Positions 9,693 to 19,069 of a stretch of DNA of 33,448 nt are shown here, in pieces. Both the position numbers and the translations under genes were made by a program. The DNA comes from Promethearchaeota archaeon. Lineage in GTDB: Archaea > Asgardarchaeota > Lokiarchaeia > Sigyniarchaeales > SOKP01. Positions within the stretch are counted from its first letter, which is position 1. Every line of letters begins with the position of its first letter. The stretch is from the NCBI GenBank assembly GCA_048940445.1, contig JBHLON010000034.1, positions 1 through 33,448 of the forward strand, given 5' to 3'. The notes beneath the pieces were generated by a model, which had not been told where the DNA came from, did not search any database, and saw only the letters and a program-made list of their open reading frames with translations.

Positions 9693-11204
9693 CTAAAATC
9701 CCAATTGTTTTTTTACAATAGTATTACAATTTTCTAAAAATTCATCTACTTTATTGAAGGGAATTTTAGTACCTGCAGCAAGTGGATGGCCTCCTCCAAG
9801 TGTGTCTATATTTGTCAATTTTAAGGCACTTCTTAAAACTTCTGATAAATTCAGGCCTTTCTCAAGCAGTTTTTGATTGGCTCTAGCCGAAACTTTATAC
9901 AGATCTTTTTCATTTATTTTTGCAAATCCAAATATTGGCTTTGAACTCTCTAATACTGTACTTTCCTCAAAAATTAGCATGGAACAAATCGTTCCAACTA
10001 TTCTATCGGAGATTATGTCTTCACCGAAAAAATATTGAATAAATTCTTTTTGTTGAATTTTATTTTTGTCATGAATCCATGATAAAGCTTTCAAAATTGA
10101 TTTTTTATATATATTTAAATTTTTTTGAGCTTCTTGAAATGCTTCTTTTCTATCCCCCATAGCGACAGCAATTCCTATTGAGCCATTATCTGTTCTTCCA
10201 CATGAATTCAGCAAATTTGAAAATTCATTCAAATCATTGAGTTCTGGTGCCTTAATATCATTCTTAAATACATACCTATTAATAATTAACTTGTTTATGA
10301 TATCATTTGGATTAAGGTTTAATTTAACTGAGATATATCTTATAATTGCAGATGTAACTTTTTGCTTTTCATTTTGATTTAATTCATTTAAGGATCGTAC
10401 ATTTCCATTTGTATTTTCCACTATAATTCCTAATCTTTGTAAAAAAATCAAGGTTTTGTTCGGATCACCCGTTAAACCCGGAATATTAAAATCTGAAGAA
10501 TAAGCGATAGCTTCATTCAAGGGTTTAATAGGAGAAAAATTTAAATCAGTTACCTCCTGGAGATGATTCATGTTTATAGCATCTTCAAGAATTATTTTAT
10601 TAATACCAATAAATGATTTTTTAGCTCCCTTGTTTTGTATATCTCCAGTAGCACCAACTAAAGCGATAGAAGAGAGATCTTTATTTTTTTCATTTAAGAT
10701 TTTGGCAAATATATAACATAAACCAGACCCAGAAATCTCCACACTACCATCTATATCATAAAAATAGGGATTTACATGCCAAGGGCTAGTCTTTTTATAA
10801 ATCTCATAGATTTGATTTTCACTTTTATCAGTAATATTCTGGGGGATGTGATGATCAATTATAATAAAAGGTTTTAAATGATTCTTAATATTAAATTGCT
10901 CAATTAATTCTAAATATTGACCACTTCCGAAATCACAAAATATAGGAAATATCCCTTCTTGTACAAGCTCTCTAATTTTTAATATTTCTTCTTTTTCTAA
11001 TTGCTTTAAAATGGAAATCTGAAAGCCTATTCTTTCTCTGTATAGTGCTTTACCCAATATTGCACCAGCTGATAAACCATCTGCATCTAAATGAGTAAAA
11101 ATATGGATGGATGAATTAATTTGATTTAATATTTCAAAAAAAAAATTTTTTGTATAGATCAATTCATTTTCTAATTTGGAAAATTTTGAAATCAAATCAT
11201 CCAT
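9693..11204 (-). CDS. RecJ/Cdc45-like DHH-family phosphoesterase with DHHA1 domain
   Basis: HLDADGLSAG, DFGSG, IIDHH, VNP..DGSVEISGSG, VGATGD, EFSNLLNSCGR, VSAR, GGGHPLAAG. Confidence 0.9.
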   Translation of the reverse strand: MDDLISKFSKLENELIYTKNFFFEILNQINSSIHIFTHLDADGLSAGAILGKALYRERIGFQISILKQLEKEEILKIRELVQEGIFPIFCDFGSGQYLELIEQFNIKNHLKPFIIIDHHIPQNITDKSENQIYEIYKKTSPWHVNPYFYDIDGSVEISGSGLCYIFAKILNEKNKDLSSIALVGATGDIQNKGAKKSFIGINKIILEDAINMNHLQEVTDLNFSPIKPLNEAIAYSSDFNIPGLTGDPNKTLIFLQRLGIIVENTNGNVRSLNELNQNEKQKVTSAIIRYISVKLNLNPNDIINKLIINRYVFKNDIKAPELNDLNEFSNLLNSCGRTDNGSIGIAVAMGDRKEAFQEAQKNLNIYKKSILKALSWIHDKNKIQQKEFIQYFFGEDIISDRIVGTICSMLIFEESTVLESSKPIFGFAKINEKDLYKVSARANQKLLEKGLNLSEVLRSALKLTNIDTLGGGHPLAAGTKIPFNKVDEFLENCNTIVKKQLGF

Positions 11205-11288
11205 TTTTATATAATTTTAATATGAACTTAATTTAATATATTAAAATAAGAAATTAATAATAAATACTCAATTAAAATTATTATTTAC

Positions 11289-12293
11289 TTGATGATAATG
11301 CATCATATCAAAATTAATACACTTGCATTAAAAATAGTAGAAAATATAATTCAAAATAAAGAATACTATAAAGCAGAAATTATCAAATTAGATAATGGAT
11401 CTATAGTATTAGATATGACCAAAGCATCGTGGTTAGGAGGAAAGTTAGTTGCTGAAATTTGTATGGGGGGACTTGGAACTCTGAATTTCACCTCATTTGA
11501 ATTAGGTGATCATTATTTACCTGCCGTAAATATTTATACTTCAGAACCTATAATTTCCTGCTTAGCTTCTCAATTAGCAGGATGGTCAGTCAAATTGAAG
11601 AAAGAAGTTGAAAAAAATGGAGAACTCAAGAAAAAAGTGGTTTTTCAATCATTGGGTTCAGGACCCGCTCGAGCAAAAGCTAAAACTGAGAAGATTTTTG
11701 AAGAAATAAATTACACAGATAATTCTGAATGTGCTATAATCTTTTTTGAGACGAGGAAATTGCCTAATGAGGAAGTCATGGCTATTATTTCTGAAAAATC
11801 TAATGTAAGTCCAGAAAATACTTATGCTGTTTGCGCACCTACAGCATGTTTAACAGGCTCGATTCAAGTAGCGGCTAGAATTGTAGAAACAGGGATTCAT
11901 AAGCTTCATGAAATACATTTTCCGTTAGAAGTGATTAAGGATGGTTTTGGAATAACTTCAATTGCCCCGATTGTTAATGATGATTTTGCTGCAATGGGCA
12001 CAACTAATGACTCAATAATTGCTGGGGGAAGAACATTTTATACTATTGAAGTTGATAAAGATAAGGAAGATGATTTATTCGATTTATTAAAACAAGCGCC
12101 TGCTAACCAATCCCCTAGCTATGGCAAACCTTTTAATGAAATATTTAAAGAAGCTAATTACGACTTCTATAAGATAGATCCTGGTTTGTTTGCCCCAGCT
12201 ACGTATACTATAAATAATATTAAAACTGGAACATCTCTCACTTTTGGTTCCTTAAACTATGAATTATTAAAAAAATCTTTTGGATTAAATTAA
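11289..12293 (+). CDS. mch: Methenyltetrahydromethanopterin cyclohydrolase (start may be ATG 11292 or 11298)
   Basis: EICMGGLG, SCLASQLAGW, LGSGPARA, APTACLTGSIQVAARIVETGIHKL, MGTTNDSIIAGG, YGKPF..IFKEANYDFYKIDPGLFAPA. Confidence 0.93.
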   Translation: MMIMHHIKINTLALKIVENIIQNKEYYKAEIIKLDNGSIVLDMTKASWLGGKLVAEICMGGLGTLNFTSFELGDHYLPAVNIYTSEPIISCLASQLAGWSVKLKKEVEKNGELKKKVVFQSLGSGPARAKAKTEKIFEEINYTDNSECAIIFFETRKLPNEEVMAIISEKSNVSPENTYAVCAPTACLTGSIQVAARIVETGIHKLHEIHFPLEVIKDGFGITSIAPIVNDDFAAMGTTNDSIIAGGRTFYTIEVDKDKEDDLFDLLKQAPANQSPSYGKPFNEIFKEANYDFYKIDPGLFAPATYTINNIKTGTSLTFGSLNYELLKKSFGLN

Positions 12294-12344
12294 AAATTAA
12301 ATCTCTTTTTTTTGTTTTACTTTAAATAATTAGAAAGTTATTAC

Positions 12345-13547
12345 TTAGAAATTTGTTAACTCCTCTTGATATTTTGATATTTCATCTAAAGGAATGTCTC
12401 TATCAAATTTGATCTCAGTTTGAATACCTAAATAAGCACAAGCAATTTTAGCAGCAGCTACAATTTCTGCTTTTTTAAGAGTAAGAGAATATTCATCAAC
12501 AGCTTGGATTTTTTCATCATAATTATTTCTTCCAGAATAATTTGATACAGAGTCATCAACATACATTCTTTCTTTAAAAGAAGACTGTTCATACTTCTTT
12601 TCATGCATTTGTAAGGCTCTTTCAGATTTCATTTTATATAGAAGAGAAGCCATCTTATCAGCGACTTTAAAAGGTAATTGATTTTTAATTATTAGCCTAA
12701 TAATATGATTAATATCAAAATAATTAAGAGTATCAAATTTTGCACGTAAATAATTCTTCAAATTTTCTGAATCTCTTTGACACTCTATTTCAGTCCAATC
12801 ATGTATCGCTAATTTTCTTCTGAAATATATTAATTCCCAGTCAATACCTAGTTCTTTTAGAAACTCTAATAATTTATCATCATTTTCTTTTCTAGATTCC
12901 AAAACAATGAATAACTGAAGCCCGTAATACTTATGCTCTTGTTGTAGAAAATAACCCCTTTGTTGCAAAGAGGCAAGAATGACTATTTTTAACGAATAAA
13001 TATTGTCTGAGACATTTTTTTTTCCACAACTCAAATATATAACGTTTCCTTCTTCACTGATATACTCACTGTCTAAGAACCCCAAAATGCTTTCATTATT
13101 TTCCTTAATAAAATCGCTCAAACCAGTTAAAGTAGGTTCTACATCATATCTTATTAAATCATTTTCTCTGATGGTAACATAGTCATTATAGCTGCTTCCA
13201 ATAGCCAGCTTAATTGAATATAAATCTATTTCTTTCTCTTCACCAAAAATATTTTTGTATGCCTTCATCAAAGGGAAAACTTCATCTTCCAAAATTTTGA
13301 GATCGGCAATAGAATTCTCATAAGGTTCTGGAGTCTCAGCCATCTTATTAAGAATTGGAGCTTCTGAGGCATCAACTTCAATTTCATAATCTTTTGCTAA
13401 ATTTCTCTTTATAATGCAAATAGACCTTTTCTTTTCATTATACATTGATAATGAAGTTGAATTGTCTATTACTGCCCTAAATTTTTCCTTTAATTTTCCC
13501 TCGGTACTCTCTGATTTAATTTTTCTCCTTCTCATGAGTTTTTCCAA
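12345..13547 (-). CDS. Hypothetical soluble protein (400 aa)
   Basis: Long ORF in AT-rich DNA with protein-like composition; no family motif recognised. Confidence 0.75.
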   Translation of the reverse strand: MEKLMRRRKIKSESTEGKLKEKFRAVIDNSTSLSMYNEKKRSICIIKRNLAKDYEIEVDASEAPILNKMAETPEPYENSIADLKILEDEVFPLMKAYKNIFGEEKEIDLYSIKLAIGSSYNDYVTIRENDLIRYDVEPTLTGLSDFIKENNESILGFLDSEYISEEGNVIYLSCGKKNVSDNIYSLKIVILASLQQRGYFLQQEHKYYGLQLFIVLESRKENDDKLLEFLKELGIDWELIYFRRKLAIHDWTEIECQRDSENLKNYLRAKFDTLNYFDINHIIRLIIKNQLPFKVADKMASLLYKMKSERALQMHEKKYEQSSFKERMYVDDSVSNYSGRNNYDEKIQAVDEYSLTLKKAEIVAAAKIACAYLGIQTEIKFDRDIPLDEISKYQEELTNF

Positions 13548-13723
13548 TTCTTTTTTCCTATGAATAAAAAAAAATTACATTCTTATAATCTTAACTATGA
13601 TTATTTTAATGATTCAATAGATTTTTATAATTTAATATGCATGGACAGAAGCAATTAAGTAAAAAGTAAAAAATATTACAATTAAAAGCACGAATTCATT
13701 AATTAATAGTACTTTTTTTTTAT

Positions 13724-13906
13724 TTATTTCTCTAATTCCTCTGTTAAGAAGTAATGATCACCTTTCTTATAATAGGTAATTGTTGTTCCAAAATTGTTAC
13801 GTACGACAAATTTATTTCCTTCAACGTCTAATATTTCTATCGAATATGCTAACCTTCTATCTTTTAAAATTTCCTCAACTATTTTTTTTTCTTCCTCCGA
13901 ATCCAT
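13724..13906 (-). CDS. Small hypothetical protein (60 aa)
   Basis: ATG start, does not overlap other genes, globular alpha/beta-like composition, followed by an A/T-rich terminator-like region. Confidence 0.7.
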   Translation of the reverse strand: MDSEEEKKIVEEILKDRRLAYSIEILDVEGNKFVVRNNFGTTITYYKKGDHYFLTEELEK

Positions 13907-14137
13907 AAAACGAAATAGTAAATCTTCAGAAAAAAATTTTTTTATTTTAACAATCTAATTTAAGAATTATTCTAGCCAATCTCTTAAATAAACGATTTTT
14001 GTAATGATATCATAAAATATGAAACGCTCGAATGAGATTTTATTAAAAAATTAATGAAATTTTATTAAATAGTTATCTTTTTTAATAAAAAAGTATCTAG
14101 ATAAATATAGATCTAAACTTATTTTAGGCTTTACTTT

Positions 14138-15388
14138 ATGGCAAAAAGCGCGTTAGACATTGGAATCTTTAGCGTGATGTATAGCCAAATAAATGGTACT
14201 GCCCATGCTGTAAGATTTTTAAGTGAAGCGTTAGCAAAGTTAGGCCATAACGTACATATCTTCGCACCAGGCATTAAAGATGGTTATAAAAAGCCAAAAA
14301 CGCTTTATTTCCATGATCTGGGAGGAGTTCAAATAGGACACAAAACAGAGTTTGTTTTAAGTGTTCCATTTCACAAAATATTTCTTTGCCAAGAGGATTA
14401 TTTAGATGTTGCTCATGTACATACACATGAAACAATAGGAGCCATGGCAATTAACTGGGCAAAATATCTGGGAATCCCTCTAATTGCGTCACACCATAGT
14501 CCTATGGCATTTTATACTGCTCAATATATCCCTATTTTTGGTAAATTTTTAGGTAAAAGTGATTTCATTTGGCGTTATGAACGACAAATGTTGGAAAAGT
14601 ATGACTTAACGCATGTCCCGACAAAAACAAAGAAAGATTTATTGCTTAATTATAGATTCAAAGAGCCAATTATTGCTTTATCAAATGGAATTCACGAATA
14701 TTACTTTCAAGAATTGAAGCAGAATGGAATACGAGAAAAATATAATCTAGAAAATAAAAAAGTAATGCTCTATGCTTCTAGATTATCTCCAGAAAAACAC
14801 CCAATAAGAGTAATAAAAACTTTCGTGAAAAAAATACATAAAGAGGTTCCTGACGCCCATTTACTTTTAGTTGGGAGCCCTGGACCATCAACGGATGCTG
14901 TCGAGAAAATAATAAAAAAGAAAAAATATAAAGATTGTATTTCATATGCTGGTCTAGTGCCCTTCGATGATCTATTAAAACTATATAATACTGCTGATCT
15001 AACCTGTCTCTGGTCTTGGATAGAAGCTGAAGGTCTTGTTTTAACTGAAGCTATGGCTCAAGGTACTCCGAGTGTAGGAGCTAATGCAACCGGCATAGCT
15101 AATGTAATTAGGCATGGAGTTACAGGTTATTTAGCGAATAATCTAGATCAATTTAGTGAATATGTAATTAAATTATTAAAAGATGATTCTCTCAGAGAGG
15201 ACTTTGGAAAGAATGCCAAGAAAGTTGCTCAAAACTATCGAATTGATAAAATAGCAAAAACTTGGATTGAACTTTATAAATTTGCTATCAATGAGTTATA
15301 TCCTCTACGTTATCATAGAGAAGAAAGACGGTATGGTGTGAATCTTGTTAAAGAATTCGTTAGGCACTTACCTAATGTCTACTTCTGA
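14138..15388 (+). CDS. Glycosyltransferase family 4 (GT-B)
   Basis: NGTAHAVRFLSEAL..GHNVHIFAP, HVHT, SNGI, ASRLSPEK, and the Ex7E motif EAEGLVLTEAMAQGTP. Confidence 0.92.
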   Translation: MAKSALDIGIFSVMYSQINGTAHAVRFLSEALAKLGHNVHIFAPGIKDGYKKPKTLYFHDLGGVQIGHKTEFVLSVPFHKIFLCQEDYLDVAHVHTHETIGAMAINWAKYLGIPLIASHHSPMAFYTAQYIPIFGKFLGKSDFIWRYERQMLEKYDLTHVPTKTKKDLLLNYRFKEPIIALSNGIHEYYFQELKQNGIREKYNLENKKVMLYASRLSPEKHPIRVIKTFVKKIHKEVPDAHLLLVGSPGPSTDAVEKIIKKKKYKDCISYAGLVPFDDLLKLYNTADLTCLWSWIEAEGLVLTEAMAQGTPSVGANATGIANVIRHGVTGYLANNLDQFSEYVIKLLKDDSLREDFGKNAKKVAQNYRIDKIAKTWIELYKFAINELYPLRYHREERRYGVNLVKEFVRHLPNVYF

Positions 15389-16075
15389 TTAAGCAGTGAA
15401 AGAATCCTTAATTTTTTCCAACTCAACTTTGCATTCCTTACAGAAGCAAGGACATTTTTTATCAACATCCCAAATATTTTTAGAAAAAGACATAATACAT
15501 AATTTATTTTCACAATGGTTAGGACCTAAAATAAAATGTCCGACTTCATGAATGACTTCTTTAATTATTCTTTTTTGGAGTCTCTCATTATAAGATCGTG
15601 AAGTAATATCCTGAGATTTTAAATTGTAACTAGAAACAATTGCAGAGTTAAGATATAAATGAGCTTCACCATATAAAAAGATTAAATTATTTTTAGAACT
15701 AGAATAAATTGGCACATCTGTTATACCGACTCCTATTTTAAAATTGTTTCTTAATTTTAATTCTGAAATTTTTTCATAAAAACAGGTAGTTGGATACACA
15801 TGAGCTTTTCTTAATTTTAGTATTTCCTTTACTTTAGTTTTTGAAATAAAATCATTCTCAATGACTTCCTTTTTAATTTTATAGAAATATTGATCAAAAT
15901 TAGTATTGATTTCTCGCTTTAATATCTCAAAAAAGTTATAACTCTCACTGTCAAAAAAAAAGACTCCCAGATCACATGGATATAGATGATTGTGAATGGA
16001 GTCTCTAATGTCACTGTTATAAACATCTGAATTGAGTTTTTGTGTTTTGCTTAAACATTTATGAAATTTTGACAT
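15389..16075 (-). CDS. Archaemetzincin-like Zn metalloprotease
   Basis: GITDVPIY....FLYGEA, RIIKEVIHEVGHFILGPNHC-x4-C-IM-SFS...VDKK...FCKEC: metzincin motif plus the archaemetzincin Cys4 zinc finger. Confidence 0.88.
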   Translation of the reverse strand: MSKFHKCLSKTQKLNSDVYNSDIRDSIHNHLYPCDLGVFFFDSESYNFFEILKREINTNFDQYFYKIKKEVIENDFISKTKVKEILKLRKAHVYPTTCFYEKISELKLRNNFKIGVGITDVPIYSSSKNNLIFLYGEAHLYLNSAIVSSYNLKSQDITSRSYNERLQKRIIKEVIHEVGHFILGPNHCENKLCIMSFSKNIWDVDKKCPCFCKECKVELEKIKDSFTA

Positions 16076-16190
16076 AATTTTAATAGATTTACCATTCTTT
16101 TTAAAAAAATTTACTATAAATAACAGATTTAAATTATTAATTATATTATATGTTTAAATAATTAATTCCTAGAAAACACATAAAATCAAT

Positions 16191-17252
16191 ATGTCAGATA
16201 ATCTTAAAAAATTACCGAATAACAATGAAAATACAGCTAATAATCAAAAAGAAACAGAACAACAAAATTCTGAAAAGGAAATAATACAAAAAGATTTTAT
16301 TCCGCACTTTTTACCAACTTATAGAATTAGTTCTAAATTTTACGCTTTCCCCATTATAGCTGTTGTAGTTTTTGCTGGTATATTATCTTATCTTTTTTAT
16401 ATGGTATATGGACAAATAGATGCAGGATATATTCCTGAAAGCCAATTTGGAGCTTTAGCAGGAATTCTAAATGGCATAATATTTACAGCTTTAGCAGCCG
16501 TTTCAGCATTCATAATAATTTTTCTTGTTAAAAAGCGAGGTATTGACGTTTTAAAGTACATTTTTGGAGCAAGTATAGGATTTCTGGGATTTTTCTTGTC
16601 TGTGATTTTTTTTTCTGTTATAATAGATACAATTTTATCATTTTTTCCCGAAACTGAATTTTTAGATTTTGTTGCTAATATTATAGGGATTATTATTCTA
16701 CCGATCATCATCGGAATTGGTATAATTTTTTTACTTTACAAATATTTCACTTCAAAATCTATTAATACCAAGAATATTATCGTTTTATATATGGGATTAT
16801 TAATCGGAGCTGCCATGGGAGTATTTATGCCTCTCTGGACTACTTTAGCTATCCTAATAGGAATTTCGATCTGGGACATGTTTGCTGTACTTTATAAAAG
16901 AGGGCCAATAAAAGAAATGATAGATTTAACCTCACAAGGAATGAATGAATCTGAATCAGTAATTAATCAAAATATTCAAGAGAAGATTGATAGTGGAGAA
17001 GCTGTATATGATACTTCTAAATTGGAAATAGGAATTGGAGATCTTGCATTTTATAGCATGCTCACATCAAGTGCACTCATTCAATCGAATAGTTTAATCG
17101 TAACGATTTTAACTGCTATAGCAATTTTAATAGGAACTGGTATAACAATTATGGGATTAAAACGGAATAAAGTTTTGCCTGGACTCCCCATTTCAATTTT
17201 CTTGGGTATTGCAACAATGCTACTTTCTTGGTATATAATCTCCATTATCTAA
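16191..17252 (+). CDS. Presenilin-family GxGD intramembrane aspartyl protease
   Basis: About 9 hydrophobic segments; catalytic ISIWDMFAVL..RGP (YD-equivalent) and IGIGDLAFYS (GxGD); PAL-like LPGLPISI. Confidence 0.92.
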   Translation: MSDNLKKLPNNNENTANNQKETEQQNSEKEIIQKDFIPHFLPTYRISSKFYAFPIIAVVVFAGILSYLFYMVYGQIDAGYIPESQFGALAGILNGIIFTALAAVSAFIIIFLVKKRGIDVLKYIFGASIGFLGFFLSVIFFSVIIDTILSFFPETEFLDFVANIIGIIILPIIIGIGIIFLLYKYFTSKSINTKNIIVLYMGLLIGAAMGVFMPLWTTLAILIGISIWDMFAVLYKRGPIKEMIDLTSQGMNESESVINQNIQEKIDSGEAVYDTSKLEIGIGDLAFYSMLTSSALIQSNSLIVTILTAIAILIGTGITIMGLKRNKVLPGLPISIFLGIATMLLSWYIISII

Positions 17253-17325
17253 ATAAATAGGTTTACTCGTTTCAATTATCAAAATTTTTAAAATATTTGT
17301 AACTTTTTCTATTAATTATCTAAAG

Positions 17326-18525
17326 GTGAACTTCACTTTGGTCAATATTGATAAGATTAAAACCTTTGCAGTTATAGGAGCAGGGACAATGGGTCGTGAA
17401 ATTGCCCAAGTAGCCTTGATGTCAGGACTATTCCGGAATGTTATACTAAATGATATTAATAAAAAAATCCTAGAAAATGCGGTGATTTTTATAGAATATG
17501 GAATAGAAAGAATGATACATAAAGGATTACCTAGTGAGAATGTAACTAAAGAATCATTAATGAAACCTCTTATTAAAGAAAGTGATCTCACTAAATCTAT
17601 TCAAGAGGCAGACTTCATTGTAGAAGCTATACCGGAAGTAATGGAATTAAAACAAGATTTATTTAGAGATTTAGGAAATCTTGCCCCCCATCACTCCATC
17701 TTAGCTACAAATACTTCGACGATGAGTATTACCAAAATAGCTGAAACTTCGAGTCGTCCCCAGCAGGTAGTAGGAATGCATTTCTTTATACCTATACCAG
17801 TACTTAGATTAATAGAAGTCATAAAAGGAGAAAAAACATCACAAGAGACGTTTGATATCGCGGTAGAGGTAGGAAAAAGAATGCCCGCTCTAAAAGGAAA
17901 AAGATATATAGCCAAAATAGAAAAAGAAAGTCCAGGATTTATTGTGAATCGTCTTACTATTGCATCAAGTCTTTTATTAAATTGGTTTTTAGATTTAGCA
18001 ACTGAAAAAAGAATTGCATATGAAAAAATTGATAATGATTTTGTAAGTCCCCCAGAATGGGGGCCATATGCAAAATGGGATTATTTAGGACTTGATGTGA
18101 TATGCGATAGTTTGAATTATTTTGCTAAAACACTTTCACCCGAATTTGCACCAGGAAAAACTCTTACAAATCTTATCAAAGAAGGACGCTTAGGAAAAAA
18201 AACTGGGAGTGGAATCTATGAATGGAGTGAGGGAAAACCAATCATTAAGATTAAAGAAAAAGCTAATTTAGGTAACCTAGAATCTTATTATGCTATTCAA
18301 TTAAATGAGGGGTGCAGGCTTTTAGAGGAAGGTATTGTATCTAACTATAAAGTTATCGATGATGCAATGCTAGCAGGAATGGATGTACCAGGACCTTTTG
18401 GACCAGGAAAGAAAAAATATGAGGAATGGACCAATATTCTTGAAATACTTTCAGACAAAACTGGATTAAGCTATATTAAACCTTGTAATTTAATGAAATC
18501 TGGGGGTTTTATAAAAATGAAGTAA
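17326..18525 (+). CDS. 3-hydroxyacyl-CoA dehydrogenase (NAD-binding domain plus duplicated C-terminal domain); probable start TTG 17338 after the GGTGA SD-like motif
   Basis: VIGAGTMG, EAIPE..ELKQ, ATNTST, GMHFF.P, PGFIVNR, GRLGKKTGSGIYEW, second C-terminal module NEGCRLLEEGIV...IDDAM. Confidence 0.92.
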   Translation: MNFTLVNIDKIKTFAVIGAGTMGREIAQVALMSGLFRNVILNDINKKILENAVIFIEYGIERMIHKGLPSENVTKESLMKPLIKESDLTKSIQEADFIVEAIPEVMELKQDLFRDLGNLAPHHSILATNTSTMSITKIAETSSRPQQVVGMHFFIPIPVLRLIEVIKGEKTSQETFDIAVEVGKRMPALKGKRYIAKIEKESPGFIVNRLTIASSLLLNWFLDLATEKRIAYEKIDNDFVSPPEWGPYAKWDYLGLDVICDSLNYFAKTLSPEFAPGKTLTNLIKEGRLGKKTGSGIYEWSEGKPIIKIKEKANLGNLESYYAIQLNEGCRLLEEGIVSNYKVIDDAMLAGMDVPGPFGPGKKKYEEWTNILEILSDKTGLSYIKPCNLMKSGGFIKMK

Positions 18526-18635
18526 TAATCTTCATTTTTTCTAGTCTCTAGCATTCTTCATAATATTAATATTGATATAGCAACCTTAATTTTTATTAAA
18601 CATAGATTAAAATATCTCATAGACTTTGAAAAAAG

Positions 18636-18932
18636 ATGTCTAAGAAAAACTCCTCACCGAAAACGGGATTAGAAAAGGTAATAGAATTTTTTAATAATGA
18701 GTTAGAAATCAACCATCCCATGGCTATCTCAGAAATAGTTGAAAAAACAGGATTCTCTTGGAGTTTCATTAAAAAAACACTAAAAAGTATGATAGGAAAT
18801 TATGATGGATTCAATTTCGAGAAGAGTGGTGGCACCTGGTTAATTTGGAAAGATAGAAAGCACATTATAAAAAAAACTGATGACACTTGTTCCCGTTATC
18901 TTTCAGATGATGCAAACAGAAATGAATGTTAA
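18636..18932 (+). CDS. Small winged helix-turn-helix protein (putative DNA-binding)
   Basis: KVIEFF...PMAISEIVEKTGFSWSFIKKTLKSM (HTH pattern) followed by the wing hairpin FEKSGGTWLIW. Confidence 0.65.
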   Translation: MSKKNSSPKTGLEKVIEFFNNELEINHPMAISEIVEKTGFSWSFIKKTLKSMIGNYDGFNFEKSGGTWLIWKDRKHIIKKTDDTCSRYLSDDANRNEC

Positions 18933-19069
18933 ATAGTTTTTCTCTTAACTAGGTTTTCTTAAATTTTAGGCTATCAAGTACAATTTCACTGTAAGCTAAA
19001 TAATAATAAAAATGGTTAAAAAGCGATAAAAAAAGTTTATATATTAATAAATCTACTTTTTTATGTATT

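Noticed and set aside
12400-12730. ATP-cone-like pattern in the C-terminus of the 400-aa hypothetical protein (FDINHIIRLI...VADKMA...KKAEIV)
   Set aside because: The resemblance is weak and needs a long insertion; it cannot be supported without a profile search.
4849-15388. TGA stops (gcvPA, PfkB kinase, GT4) as possible selenocysteine codons, since Lokiarchaeia encode selenoproteins
   Set aside because: Each TGA falls at the natural C-terminus of a complete protein, not at a conserved Cys position.
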